From positions 224,001-288,000 of the forward strand of contig OZ242010.1 in assembly GCA_965204745.1 (NCBI GenBank): a stretch of 64,000 bases of DNA, given 5' to 3'. A program made the translations under genes and the position numbers. This stretch comes from Candidatus Latescibacterota bacterium. Its GTDB lineage: Bacteria; Latescibacterota; UBA2968. The notes below the pieces were generated by a model. The model was not told the DNA's origin and did not search any database. It saw nothing but the letters and a program-made list of their open reading frames with translations. Shown one piece after another: positions 1 through 8,437 of this stretch; position 1 is the stretch's first letter, and the number at the start of each line of letters is the position of its first letter.

Positions 1-1367
1 CCGAGTGTCTTTTCCGCGGCCAGCGGCCGGATTTGCCCGACAACCGAATCGACTACTTCACGGATGGGATGGACGTGGATTTCGAGCGGGACCGTGCCGG
101 ATTCGATGCGGGACAAATCCAGAATGTCTTCGACCAGGTTGTGCAGGCGGTCCGCGTGGTTGTTGATCATCTGCACAAAGCGGCGCGCGGCTTCTTTGTC
201 GTCTAAGGCGCCGTCTGCCAGCGTGGCCGCACATCCCTTAATGGTGGTCAGCGGGGTTCGCAATTCGTGCGACACATTGGCGACGAAATCCTTGCGGACG
301 CGCTCTAGGCGGCGCAGTTCCGTGATGTCGTAGAAGATCGTGACCGAACCCGTGCAACTATTGTCGTCTTGCAAAATGGGTGCGACCTGCACGTCGAGAT
401 GGCGTTCTCGGTCGTCGGAGTGGATCAGGTCTAAAAACACCACTCGCCCGGTTTTCAGGGCTTGTTCTATCGCGTCTTGCACATCCCGATGGCGCACGAG
501 TTCGATGGGCATGCGCCCTTTGGTGGCCCGAGACGCGCCAAATAATTTTTCAAACGTGCGGTTGCCCATGAGGACGCGCCCGCTTTGATCTGTGACCAAA
601 ACCGCTTCTGTGATGCTCGTCAAAACCGCTTCCAACCGCGATTTTTCGAGGGTCATTTGCCCGGTGTGCATTTGGATTTGCCCGCGCATCTCGTCTAAGG
701 CCACGCCCAACTCGCGCAGTTCCCGCGTGCTGCCAAGGCGCGGCGCAGGGCGTTCATACATCCCCAACGCGACATTGCGGACGACGCCGATCACATCTAA
801 AATCGGGCGCGAGACATAGCGCGCAGTGCCATAAGCCACCAGCAAAGCCAAGCCCAAGCCGAGTAGGGATGCCATCCAAACGGCCCGGGAAATCAGGCGT
901 GTAAGATGCCCATCGCGCAAGGGCAGGGCCAGGCGCAGGACAAACTGACTATCGCCAAGTTCTGGCACCGCAGTCGCCACGTACAATATCTCGTCGCCGA
1001 GGTGAGACCGCACCTGGCTTCCGCTATCCTGTTGCCGTGCGGCCATAATCTCTGGGTGATCGGCGAAATTTTCCAATGCGGGATGATCGGCTTCGGAATC
1101 GCCCAATACCCGGCCCGAGGCGTCTATTAGGGTTGCGCGCACGCCCAAGCGCACGCCCACTTCATTGACGAGTGGGCCGAGGGCTTCGCCGGAACTCGCC
1201 GAGTCGCTGAACTGGGCGCGTGCAAGCCGCACTTCTCGCAAAAGCGTCTGCTCGAGGTGAGCGACCCAAAAGTCGCGCATGGCGCGGTTGAGATAGAGGT
1301 GAAGAGATGTGAGCACCAGGGCCAGTACACCGAGGCAGGCGAGCATCCCTTTCCAGTGCAAACGCAT
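1..1367 (-). CDS. phoR: PhoR-like sensor histidine kinase (3' end runs off window)
   Basis: Not in ORF track; ATG at 1367 abuts regulator stop; N-terminal TM (MRLHWKRMLACLGVLALV), H-box VRKDFVANVSHELRTPLTTIKG near 240-300. Confidence 0.8.
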   Translation of the reverse strand, partial: MRLHWKGMLACLGVLALVLTSLHLYLNRAMRDFWVAHLEQTLLREVRLARAQFSDSASSGEALGPLVNEVGVRLGVRATLIDASGRVLGDSEADHPALENFADHPEIMAARQQDSGSQVRSHLGDEILYVATAVPELGDSQFVLRLALPLRDGHLTRLISRAVWMASLLGLGLALLVAYGTARYVSRPILDVIGVVRNVALGMYERPAPRLGSTRELRELGVALDEMRGQIQMHTGQMTLEKSRLEAVLTSITEAVLVTDQSGRVLMGNRTFEKLFGASRATKGRMPIELVRHRDVQDAIEQALKTGRVVFLDLIHSDDRERHLDVQVAPILQDDNSCTGSVTIFYDITELRRLERVRKDFVANVSHELRTPLTTIKGCAATLADGALDDKEAARRFVQMINNHADRLHNLVEDILDLSRIESGTVPLEIHVHPIREVVDSVVGQIRPLAAEKTL

Positions 1368-2066
1368 CTATGCACGCCCCCTGCGAAAGCGATAGCCAAT
1401 GCCCCGCACGGTTTCGATCCAGTTGCTCGCGTCGCCGAGTTTTTCGCGCAACCGCCTGATATGCGTATCGACCGTGCGCCCGTAGCCGCTGTATTCATAT
1501 CCCCAAACCGTGTCGAGCAATTCGTCTCGCGTTTGCACGCGGCCCTTGCGCTCGATTAAGGTCAGGAGCAACCGAAACTCCGTGCCGGTCAATTCCAAGG
1601 GCGCGCCGTTTAGCAGGGCCTGATGCGCGCCCTTGTCTATTGAAAGTGGCCCTGAGCGCAACGAAACTTCGGCATGGGGCGGCAAGTGCCCGTTGCTCTG
1701 ACTGCGCTTGAGAATTGCACGCACCCGCAACACGAGTTCGCGGGGGGAAAAGGGTTTGACGACGTAGTCATCCGCGCCCAATTCCAATCCCACAATGCGA
1801 TCCACTTCCTCTTTGCGCGCGGTCAACATCAAGATGGGCACGGGGCGCGTCCGCGCATCTTGTTTTAATTGACGGCACATGTCCAGCCCATCGATCCCCG
1901 GCAACATCAGATCCAGGACGATCAAATCCGGCAACACATCTCGGATGTACTGGAGGGCAGACTCGGCGTCTTCTGCTGTCTCTATGTCCAACCCCGCCTG
2001 CGCGAGATTGTAGCGCACCATTTCCAAGATATCGGGTTCGTCTTCAACCACCAGAATTTTATTCAT
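1368..2066 (-). CDS. phoB: OmpR/PhoB-family response regulator
   Basis: MNKILVVEDE...LDLMLPG...KPFSPREL...RTVDTHIRRLREKL; upstream of PhoR-like kinase; start trimmed from ORF track. Confidence 0.85.
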   Translation of the reverse strand: MNKILVVEDEPDILEMVRYNLAQAGLDIETAEDAESALQYIRDVLPDLIVLDLMLPGIDGLDMCRQLKQDARTRPVPILMLTARKEEVDRIVGLELGADDYVVKPFSPRELVLRVRAILKRSQSNGHLPPHAEVSLRSGPLSIDKGAHQALLNGAPLELTGTEFRLLLTLIERKGRVQTRDELLDTVWGYEYSGYGRTVDTHIRRLREKLGDASNWIETVRGIGYRFRRGRA

Positions 2067-2090
2067 GGATTTCTCCTTTCTGCGATTCTG

Positions 2091-2132
2091 CTGACAACTG
2101 ACAACTGACAACTGACAACTGACAACTGACAA
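2091..2132. repeat. (CTGACAA)6 heptamer tandem repeat
   Basis: Six perfect units seen directly. Confidence 0.95.
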
Positions 2133-2229
2133 GCGCGGTGGCCTTCTCGCCTGTTGTACCACTTTTGTGCCTTTGAACTGTCTGTCGCCAGTTGTACCCC
2201 GCTCGTGCCTTTTGTGGCTAACCTCCATC

Positions 2230-3132
2230 TCACCTGTAGTTGATTGGCGTGCCGAACAGCGCGAACGCGAAATTCGGGGCGGGCGCGACCACGTCGGGTC
2301 TGTTTTGCAGATAGCGGTGCTGTTGTGCGTCGGCCGGGAGGGTTTCCATTTCGACGAAGCCGATGCGCGCCATCTCGTCATTCAATTCCTCGGGCGTGAA
2401 CTCGGAGACCATGGGTTCGCCGAGGCGGGCCACGAAGCGGTCCAACTTGTCGGCGAGGGGCAAGCCGCGTTCCGGGATGAGGTGTTTGGGGAGTTTGTAA
2501 TCAAAAACGAGGCGACTGCCCGGCGCGGCAACATCTGCAACACAGGCGAGGGTTTCTCGGATCGCGTCCTTTGTGAGGTAATACGTCGTCCCAAGCCAAG
2601 AAAAGAAGGCGGGTTGTTGCGGATCGAAACCCGCACGGGCAAGGACGTCGTTCAAGCGGTCCGTCTCAAAGTCGATGGGGACGAACACCAAGTTGGGCGG
2701 GATGTCCCCATGGGCGCGGCGCACGCGCACTCGTTTCATCGCTTGGGTCGCGGGATGGTCCAACTCGAAGATCCGCACGCGATCCGCGAGTGCCTTGTGG
2801 CGCAGGGAGAACGTATCGAGCCCCGCGCCGAGGATCGCGTATTGGCCGATGCCTTCGGCTATTGCCGCCAGCAGATGGTCTTCGGCATAGCGCGTCCGCA
2901 AGATGATCTCGGTGTGGATGGGGTGAAACGCGCCGAGCAGTTTGTGAACCACGAGCCAGTTGAGCGGTCGATTTTTCACGATGAGACGCCAAAAAAATGA
3001 CACCATATCAACCGCGTAATCATCGGCCAAGATCGGCGCGTTGTTCCACTGCCAATGGTGGGCGCGGATGCCGGCCGCGAGCGTCGCTGTCGCGCTCGTC
3101 CCGCGCTTCGATGTGGATTTGGTAGTAGCCAT
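2230..3132 (-). CDS. SAM-dependent methyltransferase, LCM (leucine carboxyl methyltransferase) family
   Basis: ILGAGLDT, FELDHPATQ, FVPIDF, WLGTTYYL motifs. Confidence 0.85.
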   Translation of the reverse strand: MATTKSTSKRGTSATATLAAGIRAHHWQWNNAPILADDYAVDMVSFFWRLIVKNRPLNWLVVHKLLGAFHPIHTEIILRTRYAEDHLLAAIAEGIGQYAILGAGLDTFSLRHKALADRVRIFELDHPATQAMKRVRVRRAHGDIPPNLVFVPIDFETDRLNDVLARAGFDPQQPAFFSWLGTTYYLTKDAIRETLACVADVAAPGSRLVFDYKLPKHLIPERGLPLADKLDRFVARLGEPMVSEFTPEELNDEMARIGFVEMETLPADAQQHRYLQNRPDVVAPAPNFAFALFGTPINYR

Positions 3133-3134
3133 CG

Positions 3135-4304
3135 TCACGCTGTTTTCTCGATGCCCTCTCGCGTTTCTGCGATCACCAAATCGACCACAGAGCGCAGGGC
3201 TTGCGCGTCTGTATCGCCCTCCAAACGGCGGAGGCGGAAATGGTCGATCTGTCGGTCTGCACCGCTGCCATTGCGGATGATGGACAAGGCGTGGCGCAAC
3301 TCTTTCTCACACCCCAGAGCGCGAGCGTCGCCGGATAATGCCTCCACGAGTTCAGCCGCGTAATCTTCGATGTCCATCCGCCCGCCATAGCGCGTGTCGC
3401 CGAAGAAGCCAAACACGCCATAGCGCTGGGCGATCCACCGGTTTTCGGCGATGATCTCGGTGTGCGGTTCGGGCGGCAACGCGCCTTCTCGGTCTCGCCG
3501 CAAAAGATAGCGAATGAGGGCGGCGTAGAGCGCCGCGATGCACAGTGCGTCCTCGATGCGCGGGCAGATGTCGCAGATCCGCAATTCGATAGTCGGATAG
3601 TCCTGAGACGGCCGGATGTCCCACCACAATTCGCTGCCATCATAGAGAAATGCCATGCGCTGGTAGTCGGTCAAGAGTCGGTCAAATTCCGCCCGCGACC
3701 ACAATGGGCCGGGCAGGCTGGTGCGCGGAAGGCTGCCGATGAGGTTCAGGCGGTAGGACTTGAACCCGGTCTCGCGCCCGTCATTGAACGGCGAGGATGT
3801 GGAGAGCGCGTGGAGCAGGGGAAGATAGCGCCGAAGCGCGGTCATGACCCGGATGCGCGAATCCGGATCCCCAAAGCCCGCGTGGATGTGCATGCCGCCG
3901 ATGAGGAAGCGGCGCAAGGTCTCTTGGTAGAGGACCACAAAGTGTTCGTAGCGTTCCTTGGGCGTGGTCAACTGCGCCCCCCATTCCGCAAAGGGATGGG
4001 TCGAGGCAGCCATCAGCGCGGCCCCGTACTGCTCGGCGGTGCCGACCACCAACCGCCGAGTCTCGCAGAGCACGGCGCGCAACTCGCCGACCGACTTGCA
4101 GACCCGGGTATTGGTCTCGATCTGGCTGCGAATGAGTTCCCGCATGACCTTGTGCGGCCCGCTGTTCTGTTCGCATGTCTCGAAAATGCCCATGTCGGGA
4201 TCGACGAGCAGGTCGCGGGATTCGGGATCGACGAGGAAAAACTCCTCTTCGATGCCGAGGGTGATCTCGCTGTCGCTCGGCATGTGCAGATGGTTGGATG
4301 CCAT
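3135..4304 (-). CDS. ybdK: YbdK/GCS2-family carboxylate-amine ligase
   Basis: TLGIEEEFFLVD, QIETNT, GMHIHAG, WWDIRPS, TIELRICD. Confidence 0.9.
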   Translation of the reverse strand: MASNHLHMPSDSEITLGIEEEFFLVDPESRDLLVDPDMGIFETCEQNSGPHKVMRELIRSQIETNTRVCKSVGELRAVLCETRRLVVGTAEQYGAALMAASTHPFAEWGAQLTTPKERYEHFVVLYQETLRRFLIGGMHIHAGFGDPDSRIRVMTALRRYLPLLHALSTSSPFNDGRETGFKSYRLNLIGSLPRTSLPGPLWSRAEFDRLLTDYQRMAFLYDGSELWWDIRPSQDYPTIELRICDICPRIEDALCIAALYAALIRYLLRRDREGALPPEPHTEIIAENRWIAQRYGVFGFFGDTRYGGRMDIEDYAAELVEALSGDARALGCEKELRHALSIIRNGSGADRQIDHFRLRRLEGDTDAQALRSVVDLVIAETREGIEKTA

Positions 4305-4340
4305 GTCCCACCTCTTGGGTTACGGGGGTTTGTAACTGCA

Positions 4341-5312
4341 TCAATCCTTCCAGACCAACACCACGGCCATTGCTTCGTGGAGGCGCGTGTAGAGTAGGTC
4401 AAATGCGGTTGCGGCGTCTTCAAAATCGAAGCGGTGCGTCACCATCGCCTCGGTTTGGATTTTTCCCTCCATCAACAGTTGAAGGGCCAAATCCGACCCG
4501 TGGGGACGGCGCGCCCTGTCCAGATACCCGCCCACCAAGCGTTTGCCCTGAATTTTTGACGAGTTCAAAGGCAGGGGTTCATCCTCGTACAAGCCCACAA
4601 CCTGTAACAACCCGCCTCGCCGCACCATGTCTTGGGCTTGCAAAAACGCCTGCACGCCTGCGCGCCCGCCCACGGCTTCAACCACGATATCCGCGCCTAT
4701 GCCCTCGGTGAGGGCGCGCACCGCGGCAATCGGATCGGTCTGGCTGGCATTTACCACGGCATCTGCGCCCAACTGCGCGGCCAACTCGCAACGCAGGGCC
4801 AACGCATCGACCGCAATCACGCGGCACTCGTGCAACTGTCGGGCGACTTGCATGCAACAACTGCCCACCAATCCCTGTCCCAGGATCGCCATTGTATCGC
4901 TCGGCCCCGCACTCGTTTCCCGCATCCACAATACCGAACTCGTGAGCAGGGGCCAAAAGGTCGCGGCTTCGGCTGTGATCGCGTCTGGCAACGAAACCAC
5001 GGAGGGCTCGTTGCGCGCATGGACGACTTCGACCGCCACGTACTCGGCGTGTGGCGCGAGCGCGGCGACCCGCTCGCCCATTGAAAACGCATCGACCTGC
5101 GCGCCCACTTGCACGATTGTGCCGGCCAGCGAATAGCCCATAATTCGCGGATCAATCGCTTCTTCCCGCACGTACCGCCGCCAAATTTCAGACCCGCGGC
5201 TGATCAGGGTGCGTTCCGTTTTGATGAGCACTTCCGTTTGTCGAATCTCTGGCAAGGGCACGTCTTCAATTTCGATGTGACACGCGCCTTCGGGTTTGAT
5301 CACGCGCTTCAT
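4341..5312 (-). CDS. MDR-superfamily oxidoreductase (canonical Zn ligands absent)
   Basis: GroES-like N-terminus, GQGLVG Rossmann motif; GYS in place of GHE. Confidence 0.8.
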   Translation of the reverse strand: MKRVIKPEGACHIEIEDVPLPEIRQTEVLIKTERTLISRGSEIWRRYVREEAIDPRIMGYSLAGTIVQVGAQVDAFSMGERVAALAPHAEYVAVEVVHARNEPSVVSLPDAITAEAATFWPLLTSSVLWMRETSAGPSDTMAILGQGLVGSCCMQVARQLHECRVIAVDALALRCELAAQLGADAVVNASQTDPIAAVRALTEGIGADIVVEAVGGRAGVQAFLQAQDMVRRGGLLQVVGLYEDEPLPLNSSKIQGKRLVGGYLDRARRPHGSDLALQLLMEGKIQTEAMVTHRFDFEDAATAFDLLYTRLHEAMAVVLVWKD

Positions 5313-5556
5313 TTTTTCTCCTAATTTTGTACAAACCAAAAATACCCACAGCGATCAATACGACCGCTATGGGACCCGCTCGATCCAGCCCCAACCAAAA
5401 GCCTTCTTCCCACTCGATGCTCTCGGTGCCGAACAAATCATCTACCACGACGACCTGTTGCTTGTTCTTCGTAAAAATCTGCGCGCCATCTATGGCCCAC
5501 CTCGCACCCACACCGATGACGAGGACAAATGCAACCGCGCTGATGATTTTCCACAT
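5266..5556 (-). CDS. small two-TM membrane protein, hypothetical
   Basis: SD GAGGG upstream, two hydrophobic segments. Confidence 0.65.
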   Translation of the reverse strand: MWKIISAVAFVLVIGVGARWAIDGAQIFTKNKQQVVVVDDLFGTESIEWEEGFWLGLDRAGPIAVVLIAVGIFGLYKIRRKNEARDQTRRRVSHRN

Positions 5557-5661
5557 GGCTCACCCCTCAACTATCGGCTGTTTTGAAAATGCCCTTGCCC
5601 ATCCGCAATCGAAATAGTAAATTAACCACGGGAATTTGCAAACATATCTCAAAGGGAATCC

Positions 5662-6075
5662 GTGATGCAGATATTTATCAGCCATTCTCACAATGACGAA
5701 AATGTTGCCCAAAAAGTCGCCTCTTGGCTTCGCGCTTATGGGTTGGATGTTTGGGAAGCGAGCAACGAGATTTTACCCGGCGACAACTGGGCCGCCAAAA
5801 TCTCTCAGGGATTGCAAGAATCCAATGCGATGGTTGTCTTGCTGACGCCTGAATCCCTGAAATCCACTTGGGTTCGGCGCGATATAGAATACGCTTTGGG
5901 TTCAAAAAGGTATCGCCAACGTCTGATCCCCGTGCTCGTTGATCCAGATCAAGCGATTGCAGAAACTGATATACCTTGGATTCTAAAGCGTTTGAACATC
6001 ATCAATTTGACCAAACACGAAACAGAAGAAGACGGCATTCGCAGAATTGCCGATACCCTCCTCGAAGTCGCCTAA
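5662..6075 (+). CDS. stand-alone TIR_2 domain protein
   Basis: IFISHSHND, PGDNW, VVLLTPESLKSTWV, RLIPV. Confidence 0.9.
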   Translation: MMQIFISHSHNDENVAQKVASWLRAYGLDVWEASNEILPGDNWAAKISQGLQESNAMVVLLTPESLKSTWVRRDIEYALGSKRYRQRLIPVLVDPDQAIAETDIPWILKRLNIINLTKHETEEDGIRRIADTLLEVA

Positions 6076-6186
6076 CGCCTCGCCAAACCAACGCTCCCAT
6101 CCAATATTCCATCAAAAAATGTAGATATGCACCGGCTCCCTGCATATCTTTCCCATACACGTTTCTTTTTTCGCAACCCATCCGGA

Positions 6187-6609
6187 ATGCCCTCCATGAT
6201 ACCCAAAGAAGTCTTTCTTTCCCACTCTGACCATGATCGAGAATTTGTTACACTATTAGCGCGTATCCTACGCAATCACGGTATTCCAGCGTGGTATAGC
6301 CGCACCGATATTGTAGGCGGGTTGCGATGGCATGACGAAATCGGTAGCGCGCTAAACCGATGCGATTGGTTTGTGCTCGTGCTCTCTCCATACTCTGTCA
6401 CATCGCGTTGGGTCAAATCAGAACTGATGTTCGCGCTCGATCAATCTCATTTTGAAGAAAGAATTGTCCCTTTGTTATACCGCGAATGTGACTATGTAGC
6501 ACTATCGTGGACATTGCCTAGCTTTCAAATGGTGGATTTTACGAAAAATTTTGATGATGGGTTTCGCAATTTGTTCCGCGTATGGGGTCTGGGATACAAA
6601 GACCCGTGA
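6187..6609 (+). CDS. stand-alone TIR_2 domain protein
   Basis: VFLSHSDHD, VLVLSPYSVTSRWVKSEL, IVPLLY; start may be 6196. Confidence 0.9.
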   Translation: MPSMIPKEVFLSHSDHDREFVTLLARILRNHGIPAWYSRTDIVGGLRWHDEIGSALNRCDWFVLVLSPYSVTSRWVKSELMFALDQSHFEERIVPLLYRECDYVALSWTLPSFQMVDFTKNFDDGFRNLFRVWGLGYKDP

Positions 6610-6641
6610 ATGATTCCAGTTACCAGCCTCTCTGCATCTTT

Positions 6642-6669
6642 GGGCGAGGCACAGGAGCATCGCCCCTAC
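6642..6669 (-). repeat. GTAG-type REP-like imperfect palindrome; relatives at about 19528-19556, 20202-20228, 20255-20277, 28304-28330, 48133-48158, 48238-48262, 51866-51892
   Basis: GTAGGGGCGATG...GTGC(C/T)TCGCCC-type units in intergenic positions. Confidence 0.7.
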
Positions 6670-6672
6670 GTT

Positions 6673-6877
6673 TCTTGCCTCTTGCCTCTTGCCTCTTGCC
6701 TTTCGCCTCTTGCCTCTCACCTCTTGCCTTTCGCCTCTTGCCTTTCGCCTTTCGCTTCTTGCCTCTTGCCTTTTGCCTCTTGCCTCTTGCCTCTTGCCTC
6801 TTGCCTCTCACCTCTTACTTGTGGATGGGTTGTTGGGCGGGGACTGACTACTGACAACTGACTACTGACAACTGACA
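6673..6877. repeat. degenerate (TTGCCTC)n array followed by TTGGGCGGGG core and (CTGACWA)5
   Basis: Seen directly between convergent genes. Confidence 0.9.
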
Positions 6878-6878
6878 A

Positions 6879-7556
6879 TTATGCTTGTATTCTGATTGCG
6901 ACGAGTTCCGTCGTCTTGCCCCCGGCCCATTCGTCTGCGCGGGCGATCAAATCCCCGAGTTGAGCCTGGGTCGTTTTTAACAAGACCACTGCCTCTGATG
7001 CTTCGCGCACGTCATCTCCCCTGCGGTAGATCGACCGCGTGCTCGGCGCGACGGTTCCGCCTGTCGCCAGATGTTCTGCGATGAGGAGTTGTCCGAGGTT
7101 GCGTGCCTGCGCTTCTGTGCGCGTGGCGATTAGCACGCCCAAGGGCGCGTCTGCGGAGTTTCCGCCCCTGCCCATCGCGCGAATCGCAGAGCGCAATGCG
7201 ATGAGGGCGACGAGGATGGCGATTCCAATGGCGATGTAGCTGGCGATGTTGACGATGGTCTCGTTTCGTTTTTGCCGCAATGCCTCTGCGCGCTGTTTTT
7301 GTGCTTCCAAAAAAGCCATGTCTCCGGCCAGTTGCACGGTTAGGCGTTTGACCAATGCCACTTGCTCGGCGGTGAGGGAATCCCCCTCTGTCAAGACCGC
7401 CCGCGCCACATGTCGCACCATGCCTTCGACCCGCTCGACTTTCACTTGCTCCTGCCCCGCAGCGGGCGTGGTGATGGCGACAAATAGAAAGACGAATGCG
7501 AGCGCGACTTTCGGATGTTTAGGCCACTGGTTCGGAGATGGGGTAAGGTTTGACAT
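6879..7556 (-). CDS. membrane-anchored protein with C-terminal degenerate CutA-like domain
   Basis: Signal peptide, coiled segment, TM, then EAQARNLGQLLIAEHLA...RSIYR...EAVVLLKT...ELVAIRI resembling CutA. Confidence 0.6.
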   Translation of the reverse strand: MSNLTPSPNQWPKHPKVALAFVFLFVAITTPAAGQEQVKVERVEGMVRHVARAVLTEGDSLTAEQVALVKRLTVQLAGDMAFLEAQKQRAEALRQKRNETIVNIASYIAIGIAILVALIALRSAIRAMGRGGNSADAPLGVLIATRTEAQARNLGQLLIAEHLATGGTVAPSTRSIYRRGDDVREASEAVVLLKTTQAQLGDLIARADEWAGGKTTELVAIRIQA

Positions 7557-7731
7557 ACACACAGAGTAACTCAAAATATTCCAAATGTCAACCAACCTAG
7601 TACACATCACAGCTATGCGTCTTGCCTCTGGCGATCAACACACTTTTCGCCCGCTTGACAGCGCGGGGTTTTATTTTATATTATCGCCTGACGCGACAAA
7701 TCCTCCACACTCCAACAGAAAGGGCTATGTT

Positions 7732-8364
7732 ATGGCATTGCAACTGGGCGATGTTGCCCCCGATTTTACCGCAGAGACCACAGAGGGGCGCATCCGGTTT
7801 CACGACTGGTTGGCCGATGATTGGGGCATTTTGTTTTCTCATCCGGCCGATTTTACGCCCGTGTGTACCACCGAATTGGGCGCGATGGCAAATATCAAGG
7901 GCGAATTTGAAAAGCGCGGCGTCAAGGTTTTGGCGATCAGCGTCGATCCCCTCGAATCGCACGAGGGCTGGATTCACGACATCAACGAAACGCAAAACGC
8001 CACCGTGAATTACCCGATGATCGCCGATCCCAACCGCGAAGTCGCCGATTTGTATGGGATGATCCACCCCAATGCAGACAATACCCTGACCGTGCGCTCG
8101 GTCTTTGTGATCGGCCCGGACAAGACGATCAAACTGATGCTGACGTACCCGGCATCCACGGGCCGCAACTTCGACGAGATTTTGCGCGTGGTCGATTCCC
8201 TGCAACTGACCGCCAAGCACAGTTTGGCGACGCCGGTCAACTGGCGCCCGGGCGAGGATGTGATCATCGCGCCCGCGGTTTCAGACGAAGAAGCCGCCGA
8301 ACGCTTCCCCGGCTACACAGCGGTCAAACCCTATCTCCGCGTGACCCAACAACCCGCCGACTAA
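7732..8364 (+). CDS. 1-Cys peroxiredoxin (Prx6)
   Basis: FSHPADFTPVCTTE, YPASTGRNFDE, ATPVNW. Confidence 0.95.
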   Translation: MALQLGDVAPDFTAETTEGRIRFHDWLADDWGILFSHPADFTPVCTTELGAMANIKGEFEKRGVKVLAISVDPLESHEGWIHDINETQNATVNYPMIADPNREVADLYGMIHPNADNTLTVRSVFVIGPDKTIKLMLTYPASTGRNFDEILRVVDSLQLTAKHSLATPVNWRPGEDVIIAPAVSDEEAAERFPGYTAVKPYLRVTQQPAD

Positions 8365-8385
8365 CCGCACCCGCAACCAAAACGC

Positions 8386-8423
8386 AAAAGGTCTGAGACG
8401 CGCATCGTCCCAGACCTTTTTTT
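8386..8423. terminator. intrinsic, probably bidirectional terminator
   Basis: AAAAGGTCTGAGACG/CGTCCCAGACCTTTT hairpin with T-tract between convergent genes. Confidence 0.8.
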
Positions 8424-8437
8424 GTACGAGTTTGACG

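Noticed and set aside
2067-2381. N-terminal extension of the response regulator in the ORF track
   Set aside because: Runs through a repeat and the upstream gene; good SD (AAAGGAG) precedes ATG 2066
5662-6609. Complete Thoeris system
   Set aside because: No adjacent ThsA-like effector
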